NCBI GenBank assembly: GCA_963668645.2
Contig: CAXXWC010000010.1
Span: 160,001-224,000 of the forward strand
Origin: Desulfobacterales bacterium
Lineage (GTDB): Bacteria > Desulfobacterota > Desulfobacteria > Desulfobacterales > UBA2174
Direction of reading: 5' to 3'
DNA length: 64,000 bases
The position numbers and the translations under genes are program-made. The notes beneath the pieces were generated by a model that worked only from the letters and a program-made list of their open reading frames with translations, was not told the DNA's origin and searched no databases. Below are positions 38,584-48,321 of this stretch, piece by piece; position 1 is the first letter of the stretch, and every line of letters begins with the position of its first letter.

Positions 38584-39498
38584 TTACCCGCGCCACTCGG
38601 TATCGTCAACCGTGGTCTTGAAATCGGCGGTCACCACGGCCGGCAGGTCCTCGCCCGCCACGGCGGCCAAGTCCTCGGGTTCCGGCCGGCCCACGAAAAG
38701 CAGCCGCTTGCGGGGGCATTTTTCCATGGCGGTGATGGCATCGGCCAGGTCTCCAGGCTGATAGGCCTCGTAGTCGATCACCGAAAGGTTGTCCTGGATG
38801 GTAAAAAGCTTCGAGGCGCGCTGGCAGGCTTTGCAAGCCACGCAGCCCACGTTGCAGACCTGCATCACATCCTTGCCGGCATCGTGGTTGGAACAGACCA
38901 CCGCCAAAATCCGCTCGGCCTTGAAGGGGGCCATGGTGATGATATTGCGCGGGCAGGCCCGGGCGCAGGCCCCGCAACCCACGCAGCGCTCATAATCCAC
39001 CGTGGCCAGGCCGTCGATCACGTGGATGGCATCGAAATCGCAAGCCTGCTGGCAATCACCGAAGCCCAGGCATCCGTAAGTGCACCCCTGCACCCCGTTG
39101 ACCAGGTTGGCCGCCGCGCAACGCGCTTCGCCCCGGTAAGGGGCGCGCTGCAACCGATCGGCCAGATGGGCCCCGCAATGGACCACCGGCCGATACGGCA
39201 GGCTGGCATCCACGGACACCCCCATGATGGCGGCCAGGGCAGATGCCGTATCCTCGCCGCCCACGGTGCACTTTCCCACAGTGGCGCCCTCGCGCACCAC
39301 GGCCACGGCATACTCGCGGCAGCCCACAAACCCGCACCCGCCGCAGTTGGCCCCGGGCAGGGCCTCCAGGCAGGCGTCGATACGCGGGTCTTCCGGCACA
39401 TGAAACGCCCGGTTGGCCCATCCGAGAACGGCGGCGAAAAAAACGGCCATGGTCAGCAGGGTCACCGCCGAAAGACCGATAACGATCCAGTTCATCAT
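38584..39498 (-). CDS. rnfB: Rnf complex subunit B
   Basis: N-terminal TM, LPGANCGGCGFVGC, CTYGCLGFGDC, CVGCGACARACP. Confidence 0.93.
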   Translation of the reverse strand: MMNWIVIGLSAVTLLTMAVFFAAVLGWANRAFHVPEDPRIDACLEALPGANCGGCGFVGCREYAVAVVREGATVGKCTVGGEDTASALAAIMGVSVDASLPYRPVVHCGAHLADRLQRAPYRGEARCAAANLVNGVQGCTYGCLGFGDCQQACDFDAIHVIDGLATVDYERCVGCGACARACPRNIITMAPFKAERILAVVCSNHDAGKDVMQVCNVGCVACKACQRASKLFTIQDNLSVIDYEAYQPGDLADAITAMEKCPRKRLLFVGRPEPEDLAAVAGEDLPAVVTADFKTTVDDTEWRG

Positions 39499-39509
39499 GA
39501 TAAGCTTCT

Positions 39510-40301
39510 TTAAGACTCCGTTGGTTTCGCGTTCTGGCCGGGCTGGCTCACCGCATCAGCCGGTGTGGGGGCAGCGGCCGCCGGGGCCGCCTGGACCAGC
39601 GCCGGGCGGGTCAGGGCCGTCTTGAGCCCGCTGTCCACTCCGGTAAATCCCATAAAGGCCATGGCCAGAATCCCGCCCACGATAAGTGCGATCGGCGCCC
39701 CGCGAAACGGGGCCGGCACGTCGCAGTAGTCCAGCTCTTCGCGGATCCCGGCCATGATCACGATGGACAGGGTGAATCCCACCCCGCCGAAAACCGCCAG
39801 GGCCAGGGCCCGGCCCAGATCCCAGCGGGCCTGGGGATTGTCCACCCCCACCACATGGCTCATGATGGTCAGGCAGGCGAAGAGGATGGCGCAGTTGGTG
39901 GTGATCAGGGGCAGAAAGACCCCGAAAGAGCGGTACAGCATGGGGAAAAAGCGGCGCACGTACATCTCCACGAACTGCACCGACGAGGCGATGGCGAAGA
40001 TGTAAACGATGTAGCTCAAGATGGTCAGATCCACCCCGGCGGCGGCCTCGGATCCCACGAACCAGCCGGCCACCCAGCGTGAAAGCGGGGCCCCGGGCAT
40101 GAGCACGTAAGTGGTCATGGCCCAACTGATCATGGCCGCGATGGTGATCACGAAGGTCACGGCGCAGCCCATGCCGAAGGCCATCGACACCCGCCGGCTG
40201 ACCCCGATAAACGGGCAGATCCCCACGAAGTAGTAGAAGATGAAGTTGTTGATCAGGGCCGCGCTCAGGGCGATGAGGAATATGTCGATCAGGTAATTCA
40301 T
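39510..40301 (-). CDS. rnfA: Rnf complex subunit A
   Basis: [42 protein letters not shown] 40301 after GGAGGGGG. Confidence 0.93.
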   Translation of the reverse strand: MNYLIDIFLIALSAALINNFIFYYFVGICPFIGVSRRVSMAFGMGCAVTFVITIAAMISWAMTTYVLMPGAPLSRWVAGWFVGSEAAAGVDLTILSYIVYIFAIASSVQFVEMYVRRFFPMLYRSFGVFLPLITTNCAILFACLTIMSHVVGVDNPQARWDLGRALALAVFGGVGFTLSIVIMAGIREELDYCDVPAPFRGAPIALIVGGILAMAFMGFTGVDSGLKTALTRPALVQAAPAAAAPTPADAVSQPGQNAKPTES

Positions 40302-40921
40302 ACCCCCTCCTTGACGCCGCGCCGCTGGCCGATCCAGTTCACCAGCCCCAAAAGCAGGCCGAAGGTGAGAAAGGCCCCGGGCGGCAGGACCATGATCACC
40401 CAGTCGGGCCAGGTTGCGGGCAGGATCCGGAATCCGAACCACATGCCGGTGCCCAAAATTTCACGCACCGCGGCGATGCTCGCCAGCCCGATCCCGAAGC
40501 CTAGCGATTGACCCAGGCCGTCGGCCACCGCCGTCAGCGGCCCCTGCTTGGAGGCGCAGACCTCGCAGCGGCAGATGATGATGCAGTTGACGATGATCAG
40601 CGGGATATAGGGGCCCAGGGTCTTGCTCATGGGATAGACGAAAGCGGCCAGGAGCCGATCGGCCACGGTGACGAAGGTGGCAATCGTCAGGGTGAAAATC
40701 ACGATCCGCAGGTGGGGCTTGAGCAGGTCGCGGATCAGGCTGACGATCAGGTTGGCGCATACCAGCACGAACATCACCGCCGCGGTCATGGTCAGGGCCG
40801 ACATGAGATTGTTGGTCACCGCCAGGGTGGGACACATCCCCAGAAGCTGGCGGTAGGTCGGGTTTTCCGGCAGGACTCCCTGGACAAAGCGCTCCAGGGC
40901 CGTGGGTTGGTTCTTGCTCAA
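40298..40921 (-). CDS. rnfE: Rnf complex subunit E
   Basis: [39 protein letters not shown] start overlapping the rnfG stop. Confidence 0.93.
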   Translation of the reverse strand: MSKNQPTALERFVQGVLPENPTYRQLLGMCPTLAVTNNLMSALTMTAAVMFVLVCANLIVSLIRDLLKPHLRIVIFTLTIATFVTVADRLLAAFVYPMSKTLGPYIPLIIVNCIIICRCEVCASKQGPLTAVADGLGQSLGFGIGLASIAAVREILGTGMWFGFRILPATWPDWVIMVLPPGAFLTFGLLLGLVNWIGQRRGVKEGV

Positions 40922-41604
40922 GGGGCCGCCTTTCCGGCCGCGCCGGTCAATTCGGGTTTCAGGTCGGCCAGCGTCTGATTGACGATCCCGGTGACGCTGC
41001 GCGATGAGATGGTGGCGCCGGTAATGGCGTCGATCTGCCCGGGTTGATCCGCGCCGCCCTTGACCACCTCCAGGGCCGCGGCGGTGGGCCTGCCGGTGAA
41101 CTGGCCGCGCCACTGGTCGGTGGAAATCTTGTTGCCCAGGCCCGGGGTCTCTTTTTGATCCAGCACGAAAAGCCCCGTGATCCGTTCGACATCCGGGCTC
41201 AGGCCGAGCAGCAGTTCGATACGGTCGGCATACCCCTGGCCGGTCGTCTGAATCACCCAGCCGGCCCGTTTGCCGTTCCAGGCCGCATCGTAAACCCGGT
41301 AGTATGCGGTCTGGCCGTTGCGGGTCACCGGCAGGTTGCGCGTCTCGATGGAAAGGTGCTGCCCTTCGGCGGCCATTTTGGCTGTCAGTTCACGCCCCCA
41401 TACCAGCTCCGGCACCTTGGAAAGGGTCTCGTTGCTCTTGTTGGCCGCGATGGCCGGTCCCAGCGCGAGCTGCACCGCGGCCAGAACGGCCCCGAAGCCC
41501 AGAGCCAGCACCAGCATCAACCAGCCCTGGATCAGATAGTTGTCCCGCCAGCCTTTCTTGGGGGGCAGAACGGTCTGCCCGCTTGCTTTATCCATGGTCG
41601 TCAT
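40918..41604 (-). CDS. rnfG: Rnf complex subunit G (FMN-binding)
   Basis: GYADRI, ETPGLG, DAITGATISS FMN attachment motif. Confidence 0.93.
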   Translation of the reverse strand: MTTMDKASGQTVLPPKKGWRDNYLIQGWLMLVLALGFGAVLAAVQLALGPAIAANKSNETLSKVPELVWGRELTAKMAAEGQHLSIETRNLPVTRNGQTAYYRVYDAAWNGKRAGWVIQTTGQGYADRIELLLGLSPDVERITGLFVLDQKETPGLGNKISTDQWRGQFTGRPTAAALEVVKGGADQPGQIDAITGATISSRSVTGIVNQTLADLKPELTGAAGKAAP

Positions 41605-41609
41605 CGGTT

Positions 41610-42608
41610 CTATTGTCCCCCGAAAGGCCGCGGGATCGTCCAGCGGTTGATCAGCGGGGTAATGGCATTCATCAGCAGCACGGCGAACATCACCCCTTCC
41701 GGATAACCGGAAAAGATGCGGATCAACATTACCAATGCCCCGATTCCGGCGCCGAAAATCAACTTACCCCGGGGTGTCAGGGGGCTGGAGACCGGATCGG
41801 TGGCGATGAAAAAAGCGCCGAAGAACATCGCGCCACCGCAAAGATGATGCAGCACCCCCCAGGTGCCGGCCCCCAGGCCGGTGTCCAGCAATGCCAGCAG
41901 CCCCGCCGTGACCAGCATCGAAAAAGGAATCTGCCAGGAGGCGGTACGCCGCAGGCACAGATAGAGGCCGCCCACCAGGCAGGCCGCGGCGCTGATCTCT
42001 CCCAAAGATCCGTTGGCCGTGCCCCAGAACAGATCTGCCAGGTCGGTGATGATGCCCGACTGTTTGAAGGCCGTCAGTGGGGTGGCCTGGGTCATGATGT
42101 CGATGCCACTGGCCGGATCCTGGTAGCCCCCGGCGCCCAGAGCCCCGGCAAAGGCGATCATCACAAAGGCCCGGCCGACCATGGCCGGGTTGAAAAGATT
42201 CATCCCCAGCCCGCCGAAAAGGGCCTTGCCGATCCCGATGGCCACCACCGATGCGATCAGCGCACTGTACCAGGGCGCCGTGGCCGGCAGTGAAAAGGCC
42301 AGAATGGCGCCGGTGACCGCGGCCGAAGCATCCCCCAGGGAGGCCCGGCGGCCGCGCAGGGCCGCAAAGAGGGCTTCGCCGGCCATGCAGGCCCCGATGC
42401 ACAGGGCCAGTTGGCGTACCGCGTACCATTTGAACACCAGCACGGCCACGGCGGTGACCGGGACCAGGGCGATGAGTACATCGATCATCATACGCCGGGT
42501 GGTCTGGCCGGTGTCGGCCAAATGGGGCGAGGGCGCCACTTCGATTTCGGGCCTCGGCGTCGCGTCGGCCCCCTCAGGGGTGGTGGTACTCTGGTTCATG
42601 AGGTTCAA
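41610..42608 (-). CDS. rnfD: Rnf complex subunit D
   Basis: SPH, FGGLGMNLFNPAMVGR, TQATPL, GSLGE, FFIATDP. Confidence 0.93.
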   Translation of the reverse strand: MNLMNQSTTTPEGADATPRPEIEVAPSPHLADTGQTTRRMMIDVLIALVPVTAVAVLVFKWYAVRQLALCIGACMAGEALFAALRGRRASLGDASAAVTGAILAFSLPATAPWYSALIASVVAIGIGKALFGGLGMNLFNPAMVGRAFVMIAFAGALGAGGYQDPASGIDIMTQATPLTAFKQSGIITDLADLFWGTANGSLGEISAAACLVGGLYLCLRRTASWQIPFSMLVTAGLLALLDTGLGAGTWGVLHHLCGGAMFFGAFFIATDPVSSPLTPRGKLIFGAGIGALVMLIRIFSGYPEGVMFAVLLMNAITPLINRWTIPRPFGGQ

Positions 42609-42623
42609 GATGCCGTTTTCAGG

Positions 42624-44054
42624 TTATTTTCCATTGTTTTTGACCACCATCGCCTTACCGGTGCGGATCCACTGGACCAGGGCAATCCCGGCCGGGCAGG
42701 TATAGGCGCACGAGCCGCACTCGAAGCAGGCCATGATGTTGTAGCGCCGCGCCAGGCGGATATCCTGGGCCCGGGCTGCCTGGGCCAGCTTTGCGGGCAC
42801 CAGCTTCATGGGGCAGGCTTCCACGCAACGGCCGCAGCGCACACAGGCGCTTTTCTTGCTGCGGCAGACGTCGTCTTGGGCCAGAACCGTAATCCCGCTG
42901 GTCCCTTTAGTCACCGGGGTGGCCCGATCGGCCACGGCGAAACCCATCATCGGACCGCCGCTGACGATGCGCACCGCATCGGTTTGCAGCCCGCCGCAAT
43001 AGTCGATCAGTTCTCCCACCGAAATGCCGATGGGCACCAGCAGGTTCTTGGGCTGGGCCACTCCGGCGCCGGTGACGCAGACCACCCGGTGGGTCAGGGG
43101 CAGACCGCGCACCACGGCCGCGGCCACCGCTGCCATGGTGCCCACGTTGCCGATGGCCACCCCCACATCGGCCGGCAGACCGCCCAGCGGGACCTCGCGG
43201 CCGAGCACGGATTTGATCAGGTGCTTCTCGCTGCCCTGGGGATACTTGGTCTTGAGGGCCTTGACCTGGATGCCGGTGCGCCCCACCGCCCGGCGCAGGG
43301 TCTCGAGGGCCTCGGGCTTGTTGTCCTCGACCCCGATATAGATCCGCTCGGCACCCACGGCGTAGCCAGCCAGAAACGCACCGGTGATGATGGCGTCCGG
43401 GGCCTCGCGCATCAACCGGTCGTCCGAGGTCAGGTAAGGCTCGCACTCGCAGCCGTTGACCACCAGGGTATGGATCGGCTTCTTGGTGTTAGGCGTAAGC
43501 TTGACGTGGGTCGGAAAGGCCGCTCCGCCCAGACCGACGATCCCGGCGGCGAGAATCGCATCGTGAATCTTCTGAGGATTGTAAATGCCGATACAGTCCT
43601 TGGGCCAGGCCCCGCCCAGCAGCCGATCCCATAAGGCCTGCCCCTGAATCTGATCCCCTTCGGCCTTGATGGCGATAGCCTGCATGTGCCGGCCGTTGGC
43701 CAACGTGGCCATGGCCATACGCTCGACCTTGCCGGCGATGGGCGCGTGCAGCGGCGAGGAGACGAAGGCCTGGCCCTTGCCCACCTGTTCGCCCCAGGCC
43801 ACCGCCTGGCGCGGTTTGATCACCGGGGTGCACGGCCCGCCGATATTCTGCTGCAAGGGCAGCAGCACCCGTTGGGGCGCCGGTACGACCTCGATGGCAC
43901 ACGTATTGGAAAAATGTTTGTTCTGGGGTGGGTGGATCCCGTGGGAAAATGTTCCCCGGCCCCCACCGCGCCGTGTCAACCAGCGCATCAGCGTATTCCC
44001 CCGGCCCCCGGCGTCGATCGACCGCTTCGCGTCATCGTCAACGTCTGCGATCAT
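42624..44054 (-). CDS. rnfC: Rnf complex subunit C
   Basis: GIVGLGGAAFPTHVK, NGCECEPYLTSD, YPQGSEK, GGPMMG, CVRCGRCVEACP, CFECGSCAYTCP; start uncertain. Confidence 0.95.
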   Translation of the reverse strand: MIADVDDDAKRSIDAGGRGNTLMRWLTRRGGGRGTFSHGIHPPQNKHFSNTCAIEVVPAPQRVLLPLQQNIGGPCTPVIKPRQAVAWGEQVGKGQAFVSSPLHAPIAGKVERMAMATLANGRHMQAIAIKAEGDQIQGQALWDRLLGGAWPKDCIGIYNPQKIHDAILAAGIVGLGGAAFPTHVKLTPNTKKPIHTLVVNGCECEPYLTSDDRLMREAPDAIITGAFLAGYAVGAERIYIGVEDNKPEALETLRRAVGRTGIQVKALKTKYPQGSEKHLIKSVLGREVPLGGLPADVGVAIGNVGTMAAVAAAVVRGLPLTHRVVCVTGAGVAQPKNLLVPIGISVGELIDYCGGLQTDAVRIVSGGPMMGFAVADRATPVTKGTSGITVLAQDDVCRSKKSACVRCGRCVEACPMKLVPAKLAQAARAQDIRLARRYNIMACFECGSCAYTCPAGIALVQWIRTGKAMVVKNNGK

Positions 44055-44293
44055 GGCCGAGCAAGGCCCACTTATTTGAATAAATATTTAATTTTCAAAG
44101 CGCAAACTGTGGTATCTAGAGATCAGCATGAGGCTTGTCAAGTAAAATGTCGAAATTCGGACTTCATACCCCTATGGACTTCAACTGTATTGACCTTTGG
44201 CCCCCACACGCGTTACGAGAATCTCATGCATCAAAAATCGAAGAGCTGCTGAAATAGCTCGGCCGGTACACATCCTGCAACGGGAGACGCATC

Positions 44294-45229
44294 GTGACGA
44301 AGAATAAAATCCTTGTCGCCGTGGATGGTTCGACCCACTCGCTGGAAGCAGTACGTTATGTTGCGGCGGTCCTGCCGCCGGCGACTACCCGGGTGGTGGT
44401 CGGTCACGTGACCAACGAACTGCCCGAACTGTTCAGCGACCTGGGCCAAAACCCCTTGTATCGCTCCAAGCTGCCGGCCATCAAGGGCTGGATCAACGAA
44501 GGCCGCAATGCCATCGGCCACTTCATGCAGGCGGCCCGGGATCTGCTCGAAAAAGCCGGATTCGACGGCGGGGACATCGAAACCAAGTTCCTGCCCCAGC
44601 GTCTGGGGGTCTGCCAGGATCTGATCCGCGAAAGCTACGCCGATTACAGCGCCGTGGTGGTGGGCCGGGCCGGCATGAGCCGCATCAAGGATATCATGTT
44701 CAAAAGCGCCTCGGTGCACCTGGCCAGCAAGGTGCACCACATCCCGATCATCGTGGTGGGCGGCCCGCCCATCTCCAACCGCGTGATGATCGCCTTCGAC
44801 GGCTCCCATGAAGCCATGAAAGGGGTCTCCTGGGTCGGCTCCCTGCTGGCGGCCGGCAGCAACCCCCTGGTGACCTTCAGCCTGCTGAGCAGCAAGGGGC
44901 ATTTCTGGGTTGGCGACAAAGAAATTTTCCTGCCCCTCGACGTGAAAGATCCTGAGGCGGTGGGCAAGCAGATGGTCGCCGAACACATCAAGGCGGCCCG
45001 AGACTGCCTGGTGGACAGCGGGGTGGCTGCTGGACGGATCTCCACCCGGGTGGCCCATCTGGAACGGGACAGGGCCATCGCCCTGGTGGAAACCGCCATG
45101 GGATGCGGCTACGGCACCCTGGTGGTGGGCCGCAGGGGACTGGTGAGCTTCATCGAGGCGGTTTTCGTGGGCCGTGTCAGCCAAAAAGTCTTGAAGATGG
45201 CCGACGATTTGACGGTCTGGATCGTCTGA
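44294..45229 (+). CDS. Tandem-domain universal stress protein
   Basis: KILVAVDGS..S and RVMIAFDGS; VVGRAG / VVGRRG..GRVSQKV. Confidence 0.9.
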   Translation: MTKNKILVAVDGSTHSLEAVRYVAAVLPPATTRVVVGHVTNELPELFSDLGQNPLYRSKLPAIKGWINEGRNAIGHFMQAARDLLEKAGFDGGDIETKFLPQRLGVCQDLIRESYADYSAVVVGRAGMSRIKDIMFKSASVHLASKVHHIPIIVVGGPPISNRVMIAFDGSHEAMKGVSWVGSLLAAGSNPLVTFSLLSSKGHFWVGDKEIFLPLDVKDPEAVGKQMVAEHIKAARDCLVDSGVAAGRISTRVAHLERDRAIALVETAMGCGYGTLVVGRRGLVSFIEAVFVGRVSQKVLKMADDLTVWIV

Positions 45230-46171
45230 TCACATCCTCAGTCTTGCAGCGTTTTCCAGAAACCAGCCATAGGTCTGCGCTATCCCCTGGGCCAGGGAGA
45301 TCCGCGCCCGCCATCCCATCGCCCCGAGCTTGGAGACATCCAGCAGCTTGCGCGGTGTGCCGTCCGGCTTGGAGCGGTCGAAAACGATCCGCCCGCTGTA
45401 GCCCACCGCCTCTTTGATCAATCCGGCCAATTCGGCGACGCTGATGTCCCGGCCGGCTCCGATGTTGACCAGGTCCGGGTGCTGCGCGTTCTCCAGCAAA
45501 AAAAGACAGGCATCGGCCATGTCATCGGCATGCAGAAACTCACGGCGTACGGTGCCGCTGCCCCAGACCGCCACTTCGGCAGCCCCCTTTTGCCTGGCCT
45601 CGTGAAAACGGCGCATCAGAGCCGGCAGCACATGGCTCCGGGTGGGGTGGAAATTGTCATGGGGCCCGTAGAGGTTGGCGGGCATGACCGGCAGGAAAAA
45701 GGTGCCGTGCTGGCGGTTGTAGGCACGGCACATCTCGATGCCGGCGATCTTGGCCACCGCGTAGGCCGCATTGGTCGGCTCCAGGGGGCCGGCGAGCAGG
45801 TGGTCCTCTTTCATCGGCTGGGGGCAAAGACGCGGGTAGATGCAAGAGGAGCCTAAAAAAAGAAGCTTTTTGACCCCCGCGGCAAAGCTGTGGTGGATCA
45901 CGTGGGTTTGAATGAGCAGATTTTCGCGAATGAAATCCGCCGGGTAGGTGGAGTTGGCCAGGATGCCGCCCACCCGGGCGGCGGCCAGCAGGACCACCTG
46001 GGGCCGCTCGGCGGTGAAAAAGGCCGCCACGGCCCCCGGGTCGCCCAGGTCCAGTTCGCCGTGGGTGCGCACGACGAGGTTGGTATAGCCACCGGCCTCG
46101 AGCCGTCGCATCAAGGCCGATCCGACCAGGCCACGATGGCCGGCCACGTAGATTTTGTCGTTTCGATTCAT
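45230..46171 (-). CDS. fcl: GDP-L-fucose synthase
   Basis: IYVAGHRGLVGSA, AARVGGI, GSSCIYP, YAVAK, NLYGPHDNF, KPDGTPRK; start ATG 46171. Confidence 0.95.
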   Translation of the reverse strand: MNRNDKIYVAGHRGLVGSALMRRLEAGGYTNLVVRTHGELDLGDPGAVAAFFTAERPQVVLLAAARVGGILANSTYPADFIRENLLIQTHVIHHSFAAGVKKLLFLGSSCIYPRLCPQPMKEDHLLAGPLEPTNAAYAVAKIAGIEMCRAYNRQHGTFFLPVMPANLYGPHDNFHPTRSHVLPALMRRFHEARQKGAAEVAVWGSGTVRREFLHADDMADACLFLLENAQHPDLVNIGAGRDISVAELAGLIKEAVGYSGRIVFDRSKPDGTPRKLLDVSKLGAMGWRARISLAQGIAQTYGWFLENAARLRM

Positions 46172-46260
46172 GATTCGGAAAAAATCTATGGCACCGACGC
46201 CTCCGGGTGTCAACACTGCTGAATTCGATAGGCTGGCAGGGGCTCGCGTTGAACGGCGGG

Positions 46261-48255
46261 TCAGCCCAGAAAGACGGTGAAAACGTCCCGGCGGGCGTCC
46301 ACCCGCTGGATCGTCACCTGGACCAGGTCTTCCGGATGCAGCGTCATGCCTCCGGAAAGGGGCATTTCGCATTCGAGCATGTACTCGGGGATCAGTATCA
46401 GGCAGGATGCCCGCCGGCGCTGGAGCACGATGGCTTCCAGCTTTTCGCCGATGCGCCCCTCGAGGTGTTTGAGCAGCCAGTAGCGCTGGCGGTTGCGCTG
46501 GATCAGGGCCACCTGGCCCAGCTGCTGCCCCAGGTCCTGGAGGATCCCATCGACGGCCTCGGGAGGATAGGGATCCTCGAGCCCCAGCCCGGCGCGCAAC
46601 TGCCGCTGGGTTACCAGATCGTAGTACTTGCGGATCGGGGAGGTGGCAGTGACGTAGCCTTCCAGCCCCAGGCCGACATGGGCCTGGGGCCGGTGGTCGA
46701 GAATCAGACGGCTGAGCAGCTTGCGCTGCATATGGTGCTGGAAAAGGGTGCCCTCCTCGCCCTGGTAAAGGCGCTGGCGGGGGGCCGGCTGGCCGCGGAA
46801 AACGGCCGGCATCCCCCATTCGGCCAGGATGGCGGCCATGAGCCCGTTGGCCAGGATCATCAGCTCCGAGACGATCAGGCGTGCCGGGCTTTCGCGATTG
46901 AGCCGATAAACCACCACCTCGCCGTTGCCGTTGACTGCCGCGCTGACTTCCGGCACGTTGATCTGTACCGCTCCGGCCTCGATCCGCCGGGTCCGGAAAT
47001 GGAGGGCCAGGCGCTGCAGCTGGGCCAGGTCGGCACGCTGTTCCACCAGCAGGTTGACATCGTGGTAGGTCAACTGCTCGGCGACCCGCACCCGGCTGGC
47101 CACCACCCGCCGCTCACGCACCGTCAGCGCCTCGTCGAGGGTCACCAGCAGGCTGATGGCCGGACGCAGCTGACCGGCACGCAGGCTGCAGCAATCTTCG
47201 GACAGTTGCGTCGGGAGCATGGAAATGCGCCGGTCCGGCATGTAGATCGAACTGCCGCGACGGCGTGCCGCCAGATCCAGCGGGCTCTCCTTGGGCACCC
47301 TCAGGCCCACATCGGTGATGTGTACCCCCAGGCGCCACCCGTCCCCCAGGCGCTCCAGGCTCAATGCGTCGTCGAAGTCAAGGGTCGACTGACCGTCGAT
47401 GGTGATCAGCCCCAGCCCGGTGAGGTCCTCCCTGGCTTCAAGCGCCTGCGGCGCCCTGGCCCGGTCGCGCACCCGATCGGCCTCGGCAAGCACGCCGTCC
47501 CCGAAAGCCACCGGGATTTGCCAGCGGCGCAGATCGAGGTTTTCATGCAAATCGAGAGCCCCGGCCTTGACCAGGAGCGGGAAAAGTCCGTCCACGTCGT
47601 TGACCTTGGCGCGTGCGAGCATTTCGCGTACCGACGGCGAATGCTCACTTTCCCGGCCGTGGAGCACGTAATCGAGCAGCATGACCTCGAGACCCGTCGA
47701 GGACTCCACCGCCGGCGGTGGTATCGGACCGGCACTGCGTTCCAGGCGGTTCAACCACTCGGCCCCGGCCCCGATCACCCGCTGGCAGCGGGCCGCCTCG
47801 GCCTCCTGGGCCTGGCGATGGGCCACCAGATCCGGCGCGATGGGCAGGAAACGGTTCTGGTCGAAACGGAAATAAAGCCGATTGCTGAAAAGCGCCCGGG
47901 CCACGGCCGCGGACTGATCCGGGTCGGCACCGTCCGGAAAGCAGAGGTCGGCCATGGTGGGCAGATCGATCCATTCGGCCTCTTCGTTGAGCACTTCCCA
48001 GAGGCCGTGGACATCGATGGTGGCGGCCAGGGTTCGCCGCCGTTCGGCCAGGGTCTGCAACGCCTCGACCTGCCTGACGCGGCTTGCGCCCCCATTGAGG
48101 CGGGCGGTGCTGTGGTGCGCCAGGCGGGCCGGGCTGAGTTTGACCTCGCGGTTGTGCTCGGTGAGCACCCGCAACCGCTCTTTCTTGACTTCGAGCACCA
48201 GCGCGCACATGATGCGTTGTTTATCGATGAATTCGACGACCTGACCGATTTCCAT
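46261..48255 (-). CDS. RNB-domain exoribonuclease (RNase II/R family)
   Basis: TIDGQSTLDFDDALS, VHITDV, SELMILAN, HVGLGL..TATSPIRKY; start trimmed to ATG 48255 (MEIGQ). Confidence 0.92.
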   Translation of the reverse strand: MEIGQVVEFIDKQRIMCALVLEVKKERLRVLTEHNREVKLSPARLAHHSTARLNGGASRVRQVEALQTLAERRRTLAATIDVHGLWEVLNEEAEWIDLPTMADLCFPDGADPDQSAAVARALFSNRLYFRFDQNRFLPIAPDLVAHRQAQEAEAARCQRVIGAGAEWLNRLERSAGPIPPPAVESSTGLEVMLLDYVLHGRESEHSPSVREMLARAKVNDVDGLFPLLVKAGALDLHENLDLRRWQIPVAFGDGVLAEADRVRDRARAPQALEAREDLTGLGLITIDGQSTLDFDDALSLERLGDGWRLGVHITDVGLRVPKESPLDLAARRRGSSIYMPDRRISMLPTQLSEDCCSLRAGQLRPAISLLVTLDEALTVRERRVVASRVRVAEQLTYHDVNLLVEQRADLAQLQRLALHFRTRRIEAGAVQINVPEVSAAVNGNGEVVVYRLNRESPARLIVSELMILANGLMAAILAEWGMPAVFRGQPAPRQRLYQGEEGTLFQHHMQRKLLSRLILDHRPQAHVGLGLEGYVTATSPIRKYYDLVTQRQLRAGLGLEDPYPPEAVDGILQDLGQQLGQVALIQRNRQRYWLLKHLEGRIGEKLEAIVLQRRRASCLILIPEYMLECEMPLSGGMTLHPEDLVQVTIQRVDARRDVFTVFLG

Positions 48256-48321
48256 GACCGGGGATGGTAGCATGGCGAAACGTGAAGCGTCAAAGCGCAA
48301 AATCGGACCAAGGAGCCCCGG

